64,000 nt of DNA, taken from positions 1,419,807-1,483,806 of the forward strand of contig CBDCCP010000002.1 in the NCBI GenBank assembly GCA_965214915.1, read 5' to 3'. The position numbers were made by a program, and so were the translations under genes. Shown here one piece after another: positions 1-9,227 of this stretch. Source of the stretch: Bryobacterales bacterium (lineage in GTDB: Bacteria; Acidobacteriota; Terriglobia; Bryobacterales; UBA6623). The notes below the pieces were generated by a model. The model was not told the DNA's origin, ran no database searches, and saw only the letters and a program-made list of their open reading frames with translations. Numbering within the stretch: position 1 is the stretch's first letter; every line of letters starts with the position of its first letter.

Positions 1-166
1 CCTTCGCTTGCCACTCGGCTCGACCGGCGCCGGTTCGCGGTTGGGCGCCGGTCTTGGCCCATGTCTCTTCTACGATCGTTATTATGCGGAGCTTGCCGGC
101 CGCAGGCGTTACACTGTAGTAGCGTCTACCTTTCCCTGGCGGGGCGCAGCATTGGAGGCCCGAACC

Positions 167-913
167 ATGAAACGCTTTTTTTCGCTTGCGGCGCTGCTCG
201 CCGTCCTTGCGCCGATTCTGGCGGCGCAGCCCCAGTTCAAGACCCAGGAAGAGTTCGACGGCTTCGTTGCGATTCAGAACGCGGCGTCCCTCGACGAACG
301 CATCGAGGCCGGGACGGCGTTCATGGCAAACTTCCCCGAAAGCGACGCCAAGGGACTGGCGGCCTATATGCTGATGCTCAGCTACCAAGGCAAGAACGAC
401 TTCGAGAACATGATGATCTACGGTGACGAGACGCTCGCTTCCACCACCGACCCGGGCATCACGGTCGGCGTGCTGGTCTCGCTCTCCAACGCCATCCCGA
501 ACCGCACGCGCGAGTTCGACCTGGACAAGGAAGAGAAGCTGTCCAAGGCCGAGGATTACGCCAAACGCGCCATAACCATGATTCCGATGCTCCAGAAAGT
601 CGACCCCAACCTCAGCGACGACGACTGGCTGATGACGAAGAAGAACTTCATGTCGCAATGCCACGAATCCATCGGGCTGGTCGCCGTCAAGCGGGAGGAC
701 TTTCCTGCGGCCGAGGAGTCGCTGCGCAAAGCGCTCGACCTGTCGACGGAGCCGCTGCCGTCAATCTTGTACAACCTCGGGATCGCGCTCCAGCGCCAGG
801 GCAAAAAGGACGAAGCGGTCAACATTGCCGACCGCTGCATGGCCGCGGGAGGCTACAAGCTCCCAAACGGCGCCGACCTGTGCAGCAAGCTCAAAGTCGA
901 GGCCGGCCGTTAG
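167..913 (+). CDS. secreted helical-repeat (TPR-like) protein, function unknown
   Basis: ORF 8..913; in-frame ATG at 167 gives the Sec signal MKRFFSLAALLAVLAPILAAQ. The rest is helical-repeat-like (LAAYMLMLSYQGKNDFENM, LYNLGIALQRQGKKDEA). The 53 upstream codons look non-coding. Confidence 0.6.
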   Translation: MKRFFSLAALLAVLAPILAAQPQFKTQEEFDGFVAIQNAASLDERIEAGTAFMANFPESDAKGLAAYMLMLSYQGKNDFENMMIYGDETLASTTDPGITVGVLVSLSNAIPNRTREFDLDKEEKLSKAEDYAKRAITMIPMLQKVDPNLSDDDWLMTKKNFMSQCHESIGLVAVKREDFPAAEESLRKALDLSTEPLPSILYNLGIALQRQGKKDEAVNIADRCMAAGGYKLPNGADLCSKLKVEAGR

Positions 914-940
914 AGGCGCGGGCAGCGCCTGAAAAATTTT
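914..940 (+). terminator. possible intrinsic terminator
   Basis: Hairpin AGGCGC-GGGCA-GCGCCT (914-930) directly after the stop codon, followed by GAAAAATTTT. The T-tract is short and interrupted. Confidence 0.4.
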
Positions 941-1026
941 CAAGGCCGTCGCGCGGGCAGTTTCAGGATTGGCCGTAAGGCGGAAATCCATGACAACGAT
1001 TCGTGAAATCGGCGCCCCGGACTTAA

Positions 1027-1043
1027 GGAAAGTCTGAATAAAG
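1027..1043 (+). repeat. IS5 terminal inverted repeat (transposase 3' side)
   Basis: GGAAAGTCTGAATAAAG pairs with the reverse complement of 2245-2261. Confidence 0.7.
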
Positions 1044-1233
1044 TGGTTTTGGCGCGTTGGCTGGTTGAAGTTGTCCGTAAGGAGCGGTTGCAGCCGGGCT
1101 GCCGGCGAATTTTGCGGCTGAATCCTGCCGATTTTGACTTCGCAACGCCAATTTTTGACCCCGCAGCGACGGCTTCGACTCCGCTTCTGCGGCTTGGCGC
1201 CGGCATGGACGCACGACTCCTGTATTGTGGCGC

Positions 1234-2184
1234 TCAGGCCGTCGCGTAGCGCCCGGCAAGCAGCAGATTGGCGAAGCCCAACAGCAGACTGATCCGCTCC
1301 CGGTTCTTGGCCAAGCCGCGATAGCGCACCTTGGCGTAGCCAAAGTGCCGCTTCACGTACAGAAACGGGTGCTCCACCTTGGCCCGCACCTCTGCCTTGC
1401 GCCGCTCCGCCCGCGCCTCCGCGCTGCCCGCCGCCAAGCGCCGCCGCTGCCCAGCCTTCAAGGCCACTTGCCAGCGCACCTTACGCCCCCGATGCTCCGC
1501 GCGCTTGTCGATCCCCTGGTAACCCGCATCCGCGCACACCTCCCGCTCCCCGCCGTGCAGCAACTCATGCCCTTGGGTCACATCCGCCACGTTCGCCGCC
1601 GTCGCCGCCACGCTATGCGTCAGCCCCGTCTCGGCGTCCACGCCGATATGCGCCTTCATCCCGAAATACCATTGATTCCCCTTCTTGGTCTGATGCATCT
1701 GTGGGTCGCGACTCCGCTTCTTGTTCTTCGTCGAACTCGGCGCCGCGATGATCGTCGCGTCCAGAATCGTCCCCTCCCGCAGCCGCAAGCCTTGCTCCGC
1801 CAAGTGCGCGTTGATCTCCGCCATCAGCTTCCCGCCCAACTCGTGCCGCTCCAACAGATGCCGAAAGTTCAAAATCGTCGTCTCGTCCGGCAGCGCATCC
1901 CCCAAACGCAAGCCCACGAAGCGCCGCACCGACTCGATCTCGTACAGCATGTCCTCCATCCCCGGATCGCTCACGTTGTAAAACAACTGCACGCAATGCA
2001 CGCGCAGCATCACCGCCAACTCGTACGGTCGCCGCCCCCGCCCCGCTTGGGGGTAGTACGGGCGGATGCGCTCCTCCAAGCGCTCCCACGGAATCAAGTC
2101 CTCCATCCGTGCCAGAAACTTCTCCCGCCTCGTCTGCTTCTTCTTCCCCTCGTACTCCAATTCTGCAAACGTCCGCTGCGCCAT
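1234..2184 (-). CDS. IS5-family DDE transposase
   Basis: 316 aa from ATG 2184 (MAQRTFAELEYEGKKKQTRREKFL...). Typical IS5 blocks: NFRHLLE, WYFGMKAHIGVD, CADAGYQG, VEHPFLYVKRHFGYAKVRYRGLAKN. The 18 extra N-terminal codons in the ORF track are probably not translated. Confidence 0.9.
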   Translation of the reverse strand: MAQRTFAELEYEGKKKQTRREKFLARMEDLIPWERLEERIRPYYPQAGRGRRPYELAVMLRVHCVQLFYNVSDPGMEDMLYEIESVRRFVGLRLGDALPDETTILNFRHLLERHELGGKLMAEINAHLAEQGLRLREGTILDATIIAAPSSTKNKKRSRDPQMHQTKKGNQWYFGMKAHIGVDAETGLTHSVAATAANVADVTQGHELLHGGEREVCADAGYQGIDKRAEHRGRKVRWQVALKAGQRRRLAAGSAEARAERRKAEVRAKVEHPFLYVKRHFGYAKVRYRGLAKNRERISLLLGFANLLLAGRYATA

Positions 2185-2244
2185 CGCTCTCCCCCTTATT
2201 CCCCGTGCCCGCTGCTCTCCCCTTATTATCCCAGTCAATAGCCT

Positions 2245-2261
2245 GCTTGTTCAGAGTTTCC
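2245..2261 (-). repeat. IS5 terminal inverted repeat (transposase 5' side)
   Basis: Reverse complement GGAAACTCTGAACAAGC pairs with 1027-1043. Confidence 0.7.
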
Positions 2262-2348
2262 TTAGTGGTTTCGTGGGCTGCGCCGAAGGCCCGGAAGACC
2301 TGGCGAGCCGATATAAGCAGTACATGACACAGGATCTTGAGAACAAAC

Positions 2349-2512
2349 ATGGTCCTGACTGATACCGGCTACTGGCTTGCGTTGGTCAATGCCCGGGATC
2401 GTTGGCATGAGGCGGCTGTGACGGTCAGCCGGACTTCAACATCTATCGCCGGCAGGACACGGAGCCGTTTCACAACTTGCTGCAAGCTTCCCCGTACAGC
2501 GATGCCCCGTAG
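2349..2512 (+). pseudogene. degenerate PIN-domain (VapC-like) toxin remnant
   Basis: N-terminus MVLTDTGYWLALVNARDRWHEAA is PIN-like. A different frame from 2432 reads DFNIYRRQDTEPFHNLLQASP, a PIN C-terminal-like block with stop at 2510-2512. The middle of the domain is missing and the frame is shifted. An upstream ORF tail (...YKQYMTQDLENKHGPD, stop 2360-2362) overlaps the ATG by 14 nt like an antitoxin and is cut by the IS5 end. Confidence 0.4.
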
Positions 2513-2695
2513 CGCGTCCCAAGCCGACGAGCTTGCGCGCAGAGCCGAAGCCCCGGCATGGACATGAAAACCCGTGCAATTGGCGGAAAACCGCCTGCCC
2601 CGGAGTGATACCCTTATAACAAAGGTGGCCGCTGCGCCGCCGGCGGGCGCTCTGCGTATTTTGCGCCGTACCGCCGCGGCGCATGTTTTTATCCT

Positions 2696-5383
2696 TTGAA
2701 ACCAGCCGGCACAGTTTTTCGCAAAGGTCTATTCGCGCCCCTCGGCGCGGCGGCTCTTCTATTGCTCTTGCCCGCGGCTCCCATCGCGGCGGGGGATTCC
2801 AAATCGGATGCCGCCCCGCCCTCCCCCGAGCCCGCCGCGGAGGCAGGCGCCGAGCCGGGTTTGGAAACCGGGGCCGCCGCGGGCGGGGTCGAGCGCACCG
2901 AGCTCAATCTGCTCGGAGAGGTCGATTCCGGCAAAGGGGAGAGCCGCCGGAACGAGAACGTCCAGTTGACGCTCATCGACAACAACGTTCTCAAAGAGAT
3001 CAACATCCGCATGGGGGTGACGGCGACCGTCATCGACGAATTCCAGGCCGACAAGGGGTATTTCGGCACGGAATTCGGCGGCCCTCCCCAGCGTCAGGCC
3101 CATCTCGTTCCCAGCATCTCGCCGGGCGTTCACGGCAGCGTTTACGAGTCGCACAACAACAGCCTGTTCTCGGCGCGGTCGTTCTTCCAGGTTGGCGGCG
3201 TGCAGCCCGCCCGCACGAACGATTACGGCTTCCAGTTGACGGCCCCGCTGCGGCGGACCGGAACCGCGTTTACCGTCGACGCCAGTCGGCAGCGCATCCG
3301 CGGCAACGTCAACGGCAACGTGCTCGTTCCCAAGCCCGACGAACGGACGCCGCTGGCCACCGATCCCGAGCTGCGCGCGTTCGTCGGCGAGATACTTGGA
3401 TCGTTCCCCGACGTTGCGCCCAATCGAACCGACATCAACCCGCGCGCGTTGAACACCAACGCGACGCAGAAGATCGACAACGACACGTTCGGCGGCCGCC
3501 TCGACCAGGCGCTGAGCAACGCGGACCGCTTGATGGCCAACTACCGCTTCAAGAAACAGAAAGTCGACGCCTTCCAGCTTGTCGCCGGGCAGAACCCGAA
3601 TACGACAACCGGTTCGCACGAAGGCCGCCTCACCTGGAACCGTTCCTGGTCGCCGCAAACCACCGTGGATTTCACGGCGGGCTTCCAGCGCGTCACTTCG
3701 CTGATCGTGCAGGACGAAACGGCCTTCGGCCCGCTGATCTTCAGCGGCCGCCAGTTGCAAACGCTCGGAGGCTCGTCGAGCCTGCCCTACGACCGCGCGC
3801 AGAACCAGTACCGCTACGCGGGGATGGCGCGAACCGTCCGCGGCAATCACGAGTTGACCGCCGGTTTCGCGGTCAACCGCGAGCAACTCAACGGCGCTGA
3901 GGGATCGGGTCATCTCGGCTTGTTCATGTTCAACTCGAACTTCGGCCGCGACGCCATCACCAACCTGCGCATGGGCACGCCGAGCCGCTATTCGCGGGCG
4001 TTCGGCGGTACGCATCGCGGGTTCCGCCGCTGGAAGCTGCAAGCCTTCATCGGCGACTCCTGGAAGGCGGCGCGCGATCTGACTTTGAGCATCGGAGTGC
4101 GCTTCGAGCCGGTGACGCGGCCGGTCGAAGTGAACGGCCTTGCCGAGCTTCCCTACGCCTGCGACTGCAACAACTTCGCCCCGCGTTTCGGGTTTGCCTA
4201 CCGCCTCAACGACTGGGCCGTGCTGCGCGGCGCGTACGGATTGCACTACGGCGAGATATTTCCCGCCACGTACACGCAGCAGCGCTTCAATCCCCCGGCG
4301 AACATCCGCGTCAGCGTCGTCAAGCCGGACGCGCTGAACCCGACCAAGGACATCTCCCTCGACCCGGGCGCGCGCAGCACGATCGTCGCTTTCTCGCCCG
4401 ACCTCGTAGCCCCGTATTCGCATCAGTACAACTTCGGTTGGGAAATCGCCCCTGCGACGCGCTGGACGCTGCGCATGAGCTACCTCGGCAGCCGCACGCA
4501 CCGCCTGCTGACCGGGTGGGTGTTCAACCGCGCGATTCCTGTGGAAGGGGTCGAGTTGACCGTCCCGACGGTCAACATCCGCCGGCCGGACAAGCGGTTT
4601 TTCGATGTCCGGAGCATCTTGAACGGCTCGCGGGCCTATTACGACGCGGCGAAGGCCGAGTTCGTCCTCCGGGAATGGAACGGGCTTTCGATGGACCTCT
4701 CCTACTGGTTCAGCAAAGCCCTGGATCTGGGCGCCCACTATGCGAGCAACGCCGGCGTCAGGGACGCCTTCGCCGGGCGCAGTCAGACCGAGTTCGAGGT
4801 CTTCGGGGACATCAAGGCTCCGAGCGACTTCGATCAGCCGCATTCCGCGATGTGGCGCATTGCCTACAAAACGCCGCGGCTCGGCGGCGCGAAAAGCTTT
4901 TGGAACAAAGCGTTCGGCGAGTGGGAAACCCATTCGGTCGTCTTGCTCAAACGGGGCACGCCGTTCGTCATTCGCTCGGGTTCCGACGGGCCGGGCTTCG
5001 GCAACGTCGACGGCGCCGCCGGCGACCGGCCGCATATCGTGGACCCGTCGATTCTGGGCCGCAGCATCGACCATCCGGACAGCGCCCCGTCGCGCCTGCC
5101 GCGTGCGGCGTTCGCCTTCGTGCAGCCCGGCGAGCTGCGCGGAAACTTGGCCCGCAATGCGTTCCGCAAAGACGGCATCCGCAACGTGAACTTCGCGCTT
5201 TCCCGAACCTGGAATCCGGCCGGCGAGACGGCCCTGATCTTTCGCGCCGAGTCGATCAACTTCCTGAATACCGCCCAATTCGCGAGTCCCGGCGAGGAGC
5301 TCAGCGGCGCCAATTTCGGCCAGATCACCAACACCCTGAACGACGGCCGAACGTTCCGCTTTCTGCTGCGCTTCCGCTTTTGA
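2696..5383 (+). CDS. TonB-dependent-receptor-like outer-membrane beta-barrel protein
   Basis: 895 aa with N-terminal signal (LGAAALLLLLPAAPIAAG). The segment NENVQLTLIDNNVLKEINIRMG is typical of acidobacterial TBDR-like proteins. Sequence is Y/F/G/N-rich and strand-like throughout, with C-terminal aromatic end FRFLLRFRF. TTG start as in the ORF track; exact start uncertain. Confidence 0.75.
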   Translation: MKPAGTVFRKGLFAPLGAAALLLLLPAAPIAAGDSKSDAAPPSPEPAAEAGAEPGLETGAAAGGVERTELNLLGEVDSGKGESRRNENVQLTLIDNNVLKEINIRMGVTATVIDEFQADKGYFGTEFGGPPQRQAHLVPSISPGVHGSVYESHNNSLFSARSFFQVGGVQPARTNDYGFQLTAPLRRTGTAFTVDASRQRIRGNVNGNVLVPKPDERTPLATDPELRAFVGEILGSFPDVAPNRTDINPRALNTNATQKIDNDTFGGRLDQALSNADRLMANYRFKKQKVDAFQLVAGQNPNTTTGSHEGRLTWNRSWSPQTTVDFTAGFQRVTSLIVQDETAFGPLIFSGRQLQTLGGSSSLPYDRAQNQYRYAGMARTVRGNHELTAGFAVNREQLNGAEGSGHLGLFMFNSNFGRDAITNLRMGTPSRYSRAFGGTHRGFRRWKLQAFIGDSWKAARDLTLSIGVRFEPVTRPVEVNGLAELPYACDCNNFAPRFGFAYRLNDWAVLRGAYGLHYGEIFPATYTQQRFNPPANIRVSVVKPDALNPTKDISLDPGARSTIVAFSPDLVAPYSHQYNFGWEIAPATRWTLRMSYLGSRTHRLLTGWVFNRAIPVEGVELTVPTVNIRRPDKRFFDVRSILNGSRAYYDAAKAEFVLREWNGLSMDLSYWFSKALDLGAHYASNAGVRDAFAGRSQTEFEVFGDIKAPSDFDQPHSAMWRIAYKTPRLGGAKSFWNKAFGEWETHSVVLLKRGTPFVIRSGSDGPGFGNVDGAAGDRPHIVDPSILGRSIDHPDSAPSRLPRAAFAFVQPGELRGNLARNAFRKDGIRNVNFALSRTWNPAGETALIFRAESINFLNTAQFASPGEELSGANFGQITNTLNDGRTFRFLLRFRF

Positions 5384-5436
5384 GCCGCCCGCCCCGCGGT
5401 TTGCGAACGGCGCGCGGCCGGCGGCGCGCAGAGCGG

Positions 5437-7071
5437 TCAGATGTCGCCTTTTTTCATCTGATCGGCCATGTAGTCGGTCGCCCGCCAGGCAAACGCCAGG
5501 ATGCTCAGCGTCGGGTTTTTCTCCGTCGGCGTCGGGAAAGCGCCGCCGTCGACAACGAAGACGTTTTTGACCTCGTGCATCTGCATCCGGGCGTTGAGCG
5601 CCGAGCGCTTGGGGTCTGCCCCCATGCGGCAGACGCCGTGCTCATGGATCGCGGCGCCCAGCTCGTCGAGAGCGCCGCGCTTGTACGGCAGCGGCTCGGC
5701 CTTCATCGCCTGCAGGACTTCTTCGACCACGTCGTACATGCGCGGGATCATCTTGCGTTCGTTCTCGCCCAGCTTGTATTCGATGCGCATCGTCGGCACG
5801 CCGAAGCGGTCGTTCTTCGCGCCGTCGACCGTAATGCGGTTATGCCGATAAGGCAGAACCTCGCCGTAGGGGTGCATCTGAATCAGCGCAGGATAGCGGC
5901 GCTTGACGCCGCGCTTGAAATCGAGGCCGAAACCGGGCAACCGCTTGGCGAACGAGGCGTTGGCGCCGCAGCCGATGCCCCAAAGCTGGATGCCGAATCC
6001 GCGCAGGTAATCGCGTTTTTGCTCGGGGCTCTCGAAACGCGGGATATAGATGTGCCCGCCGGAGATGCCGTCGTCGTTGGACGCCGCACGGCCGTAAAGC
6101 TGCGGCGCAAAGGCGTAAACGTGGAAGCGGAACTGCTCGCAAAGGTAGCGGCCGATGACGTCGGAGCCGTTGCCGATGCCGTTGGGATAGCGCGAAGATT
6201 TCGAGTTCAGCAGGATGCGCGCCGAATCGACCGCCGACGCCGCTACAACAACCCGCTTGGCGGGAACGACGCGCTCCCGGCCGCTCAGGCGGTCGAAGTA
6301 ACGCACGGCGTTGGCCAAGCCGTCTTCCCCGGTCAGGATATGCGAAACGACGGCGTTCTCGCGGATCGTCAGCCTGCCCGTTTCGAGCGCGGCGGCCAGC
6401 AGATAGTCGTAGGAGTTGAAGAACGCGCCGATGTCGCAGCCGCTGCCGCAGGCCCCGCAGAAGTGGCATTTGGCGCGGCCGTTGTGCTCCCGGGTGAGCA
6501 CCGCGCGGCGCCCGCGGACGACGGTGTAGCCGGCTTTCTCGGCGCCCTTCTTGAGCAGCGCCTCGCCGCAGCGCAGGTTCGGGGGCGGCAGATGATGCTT
6601 CGAGCCGGGGAGAAACTGCGAATCGTCTTCGCCGCCGCAGACCCCGATCAGCTTTTCCACGTTGTCGTAATAGGGCGCGATCTCCTTGTAGGTCACCGGC
6701 CAGGGGATTTCCCAACCGTCGATTGCCGGCTCGCGGAAATTGAGGTCGCCGTAGCGCAGCGAGACGCGGCCCCAGATATTCGTCTTGCCGCCGACGCCCC
6801 AGACGCGGCGCAGCAGGAACGGCTGCCCCGGCGGCGTCTCGAAGGGGCTTTCCCGCAGCGGCAGACCTTCGAAGTCGGGCGGACTCTCGCCGCGGCGCAG
6901 GCGCTCGCGGGCTTCCCAGGGCTTGACGTGCGACCAGAAATCGGCGGAGTCGAATTTTTCGCCGGCTTCGAGCACCAGCGCCTTGGCCCCCTTGCGCGTC
7001 AGGTTCCAGGCGGCCATACCGCCCGCCGCGCCGCTGCCGACGATGACGACGTCGTAGTCTTCCTGCGCCAT
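5437..7071 (-). CDS. GMC-family FAD-dependent oxidoreductase (gluconate 2-dehydrogenase flavoprotein-like)
   Basis: [27 protein letters not shown]-binding GxGxxG fold; GMC C-terminal region [18 protein letters not shown]. Its start overlaps the upstream stop (TGATG). Confidence 0.9.
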   Translation of the reverse strand: MAQEDYDVVIVGSGAAGGMAAWNLTRKGAKALVLEAGEKFDSADFWSHVKPWEARERLRRGESPPDFEGLPLRESPFETPPGQPFLLRRVWGVGGKTNIWGRVSLRYGDLNFREPAIDGWEIPWPVTYKEIAPYYDNVEKLIGVCGGEDDSQFLPGSKHHLPPPNLRCGEALLKKGAEKAGYTVVRGRRAVLTREHNGRAKCHFCGACGSGCDIGAFFNSYDYLLAAALETGRLTIRENAVVSHILTGEDGLANAVRYFDRLSGRERVVPAKRVVVAASAVDSARILLNSKSSRYPNGIGNGSDVIGRYLCEQFRFHVYAFAPQLYGRAASNDDGISGGHIYIPRFESPEQKRDYLRGFGIQLWGIGCGANASFAKRLPGFGLDFKRGVKRRYPALIQMHPYGEVLPYRHNRITVDGAKNDRFGVPTMRIEYKLGENERKMIPRMYDVVEEVLQAMKAEPLPYKRGALDELGAAIHEHGVCRMGADPKRSALNARMQMHEVKNVFVVDGGAFPTPTEKNPTLSILAFAWRATDYMADQMKKGDI

Positions 7072-7568
7072 CAGTCCGCCTCCTCGATCGTATGCTCGTG
7101 CGTGCAGCCCGGGAAGTCGGCGAGGTAGGTGTTGCCTTTGTAGCCGAGCTCCTCCGCGAGGCCGATTGCGGTCGAGTAGTAGGCGTCGATCGTCAGCGCC
7201 TTGAGCATCTCGAAAAAGCTCTTCGTCTCTCCGCTCGACTGCTCGTATTCGCGCAGCAGGGCATTCTGCTCAGGCTGCGCCATGCCCGCGAAGCCGGCGG
7301 CGCGCAGCCGCCGCAAACCGGCTGCGAAGGCGGCCCGCTCCCGCGGTCTGCCGGCAAAGGCTTCGTCGATAATCGCATCGACTCCGGCCTGTTTCGCTCC
7401 GGGCGTTTCCGATGGCGGGATTATCAGATCGACCAGGACGCCCAGCAGATCGTAATCCTCGGCAGCGAAAGCCTGAGGCGCATATGCTTGCTGAGCGCCG
7501 AGCGCCGGCGCCGAGAGACCTGCGGCGGCAAGGGTGACCAGCGCATCGCGCCGCGAAGGACTTGCCAT
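7071..7568 (-). CDS. gluconate 2-dehydrogenase subunit 3-family protein (Tat signal)
   Basis: 165 aa with twin-arginine-type N-terminus [21 protein letters not shown]. Translationally coupled to the GMC flavoprotein, the usual pairing for this family. Confidence 0.8.
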   Translation of the reverse strand: MASPSRRDALVTLAAAGLSAPALGAQQAYAPQAFAAEDYDLLGVLVDLIIPPSETPGAKQAGVDAIIDEAFAGRPRERAAFAAGLRRLRAAGFAGMAQPEQNALLREYEQSSGETKSFFEMLKALTIDAYYSTAIGLAEELGYKGNTYLADFPGCTHEHTIEEAD

Positions 7569-7610
7569 AGACCATTGATTATAGGCGGTTGGCCGGGGTT
7601 CATCGATCGA

Positions 7611-7687
7611 TGGCGGGCCCGGAGGGATTCGAACCCCCGGCCTGCCGCTTAGGAGGCGGCCGCTCTATCCGGCTGAGCTACGGGCCC
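7611..7687 (-). tRNA. tRNA-Arg (anticodon CCT), CCA encoded
   Basis: Reverse complement GGGCCCGTAGCTCAGCCGGATAGAGCGGCCGCCTCCTAAGCGGCAGGCCGGGGGTTCGAATCCCTCCGGGCCCGCCA folds as a cloverleaf. It has a 7-bp acceptor stem, D arm GCTC/GAGC, anticodon stem GCCGC/GCGGC with loop CTCCTAA, and T arm GGGGG-TTCGAAT-CCCTC. Confidence 0.92.
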
Positions 7688-7726
7688 GTCGGAGGTTCCG
7701 TGCCTCAGGATAGCAGGCGGAGCGCC

Positions 7727-9199
7727 TCAATAAATCTCGAAACGCTTGACCGGAAGTCTGTTTGCGTTCGGATCGACGCCGCGCGCCCACATGACCTTGT
7801 GCAGCGCCTCGACGGTCACAGGGGAAGGCTTGAAATTGCCGAAGCGGTACCCTTCGGCGATCTCCAGCGGCGTCCAGCCCCAGGCATTGCGTTTGTGCCA
7901 GATTGCGATGTCGGCGCCCTTTTCGGCAAGCAAGGCGACAACCTGGGGCAGGTTTTTGTAGGCCGCGCCGTGCATGGCCGTCTCGCCCTTGTCGTCCACG
8001 GCGTCGATATCGGCGCCGAGCTCCAGCGCAAGCCGCACCGCTTCGAGCACCTCGGACTCCGTGCCGGCGTCCTCGCCGGGAGAGCGCGTGCCCAGCCCGG
8101 CGGCGGCCATCAAGGGCGTGCTGTTGTCGGCATTGGGCAGCAGAGGATCGGCGCCCAACTCCGCCAGCGCGCGCATCAACTCGGCATCGGCGGCGTGGGC
8201 GGCGAGGAAAAACGGGGTCGCGCCGAGCTTATTGAGGCGGGTGTTGCCGAGATTGACTTTTTCGGTCATCCGCGCGTTCAAGTCCGCGCCGTGAGCCACG
8301 AGATCTTTCACGTATTCGATGGCGCTCATGCCGCCCGATCCTTCCGGCGGAGGGTCGTTGTCGCCGACGCCCGGCTTGCGCACTTTCGCCATCAGGTGCA
8401 GCGCCGTGTAACCGGGAAGCGCCGCGTTCGGATCCGCGCCCGCATCCAGCAACGCCGCCCCGACTTCGTAGTGGGCGTTCACGGTGGCGATCATCAGCGC
8501 GGTGGTTCCGTACCGGGCGCGTCCTCCGCGCGGCGGCTTGCGCGTGCGGATCGCCGCGTTCGCGTCGGCCCCGGCCTGCAAGAGCAAGCGGACGACGGCG
8601 AGACGCCCTTCCCGCACCGCAAACAGGAATGGCGTAAACCCCGAATCCAGACGGGCCTCGCGCTCGGCGCCGGCGTCGAGCAGCGCGCTCACGACCTCGG
8701 CGTGCCCCTCGGCCGCGGCCCACATCAGGGCTGTCTGCCCCGTCTCCCCGGCTGCGGCGTTCACCTCGGCGCCGTGCGCCAGCAGAGCGCGCACCGGAGC
8801 GATTTTCCCGGTGCGCGCCGCGAGCATCAACACGGTTTCGCCGCCGCTCGCCGCAGTATCGGCGTCCGCCCCCGCTGCGAGCAGCAATTCCACCATCGCG
8901 CCGTTGCCGTTGATGCAGGCCGGCGTCAACGGAGTCACGCCGTAGCGGTTCTCTGCCGTGACATCGGCGCCGGCGCGCACCAGTTTCTGCGCGGTCGCGG
9001 CGTCGTCGCGGTAGGCGGCCCAGTGCAGCGCGGTCATGCCGTCCGGCTGCGCCGCGTTGACGTCCGCCCCGCCGGCAAGCAGCGCCTCGACCCGCCCGAG
9101 TTCGTTGCGCTCGACCGCGTCCGCAAGCCGCACCTCGAAACCGACGGCCGCGAACGCCGCCGCCGGCAAGGCCGCCGCGAACAAACTGAGAATACGCAC
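7727..9199 (-). CDS. secreted ankyrin-repeat protein
   Basis: About ten ANK repeats (e.g. MTALHWAAYRDDAATAQKLVRAGADV, GQTALMWAAAEGHAEVVSALLDAGA) after a signal peptide. Start placed at GTG 9199, preceded by GGGAGG with an 8-nt spacer. ATG 9238 is the alternative and would overlap the upstream gene by 11 nt. Confidence 0.85.
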   Translation of the reverse strand: MRILSLFAAALPAAAFAAVGFEVRLADAVERNELGRVEALLAGGADVNAAQPDGMTALHWAAYRDDAATAQKLVRAGADVTAENRYGVTPLTPACINGNGAMVELLLAAGADADTAASGGETVLMLAARTGKIAPVRALLAHGAEVNAAAGETGQTALMWAAAEGHAEVVSALLDAGAEREARLDSGFTPFLFAVREGRLAVVRLLLQAGADANAAIRTRKPPRGGRARYGTTALMIATVNAHYEVGAALLDAGADPNAALPGYTALHLMAKVRKPGVGDNDPPPEGSGGMSAIEYVKDLVAHGADLNARMTEKVNLGNTRLNKLGATPFFLAAHAADAELMRALAELGADPLLPNADNSTPLMAAAGLGTRSPGEDAGTESEVLEAVRLALELGADIDAVDDKGETAMHGAAYKNLPQVVALLAEKGADIAIWHKRNAWGWTPLEIAEGYRFGNFKPSPVTVEALHKVMWARGVDPNANRLPVKRFEIY

Positions 9200-9227
9200 G
9201 ATCGCCACCTCCCGCGGCCGCGTTCCG

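Larger units (their letters stand above)
1027..2261 (-). mobile_element. IS5-family insertion sequence (IS5 group), apparently intact
   Basis: 1235-bp unit with imperfect terminal inverted repeats GGAAAGTCTGAATAA (from 1027) and GGAAACTCTGAACAA (reverse complement ending at 2261), 13/15 matching. Flanked by TTAA (1023-1026) and TTAG (2262-2265), resembling the 4-bp YTAR target duplication of IS5-group elements. Contains a single DDE transposase ORF. Confidence 0.8.

Noticed and set aside
8-166. N-terminal 53-codon extension of the first CDS
   Set aside because: The extension is Gly/Arg-rich with no signal-peptide logic. The internal ATG at 167 yields a canonical signal peptide.
2513-2695. 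Riboswitch (e.g. cobalamin) upstream of the TonB-dependent-receptor-like gene
   Set aside because: No B12-box-like or other riboswitch core motif is recognisable by eye. A covariance-model scan (Rfam/Infernal) would be needed to exclude it fully.
2759-5278. 839-aa ORF antisense to the TonB-dependent-receptor-like gene
   Set aside because: Arg/Ala/Gly/Pro-rich low-complexity translation typical of antisense frames in high-GC DNA. It is fully overlapped by a gene with clear family features.
4438-7128. 896-aa plus-strand ORF spanning the receptor 3' end and the GMC oxidoreductase region
   Set aside because: No domain-like sequence and extreme Arg/Ala/Pro bias. It conflicts with two strongly supported genes.
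7569-7726. tRNA-Arg as an integration hotspot for a genomic island
   Set aside because: No integrase, no duplicated tRNA 3' end nearby, and both flanks look like ordinary operons.
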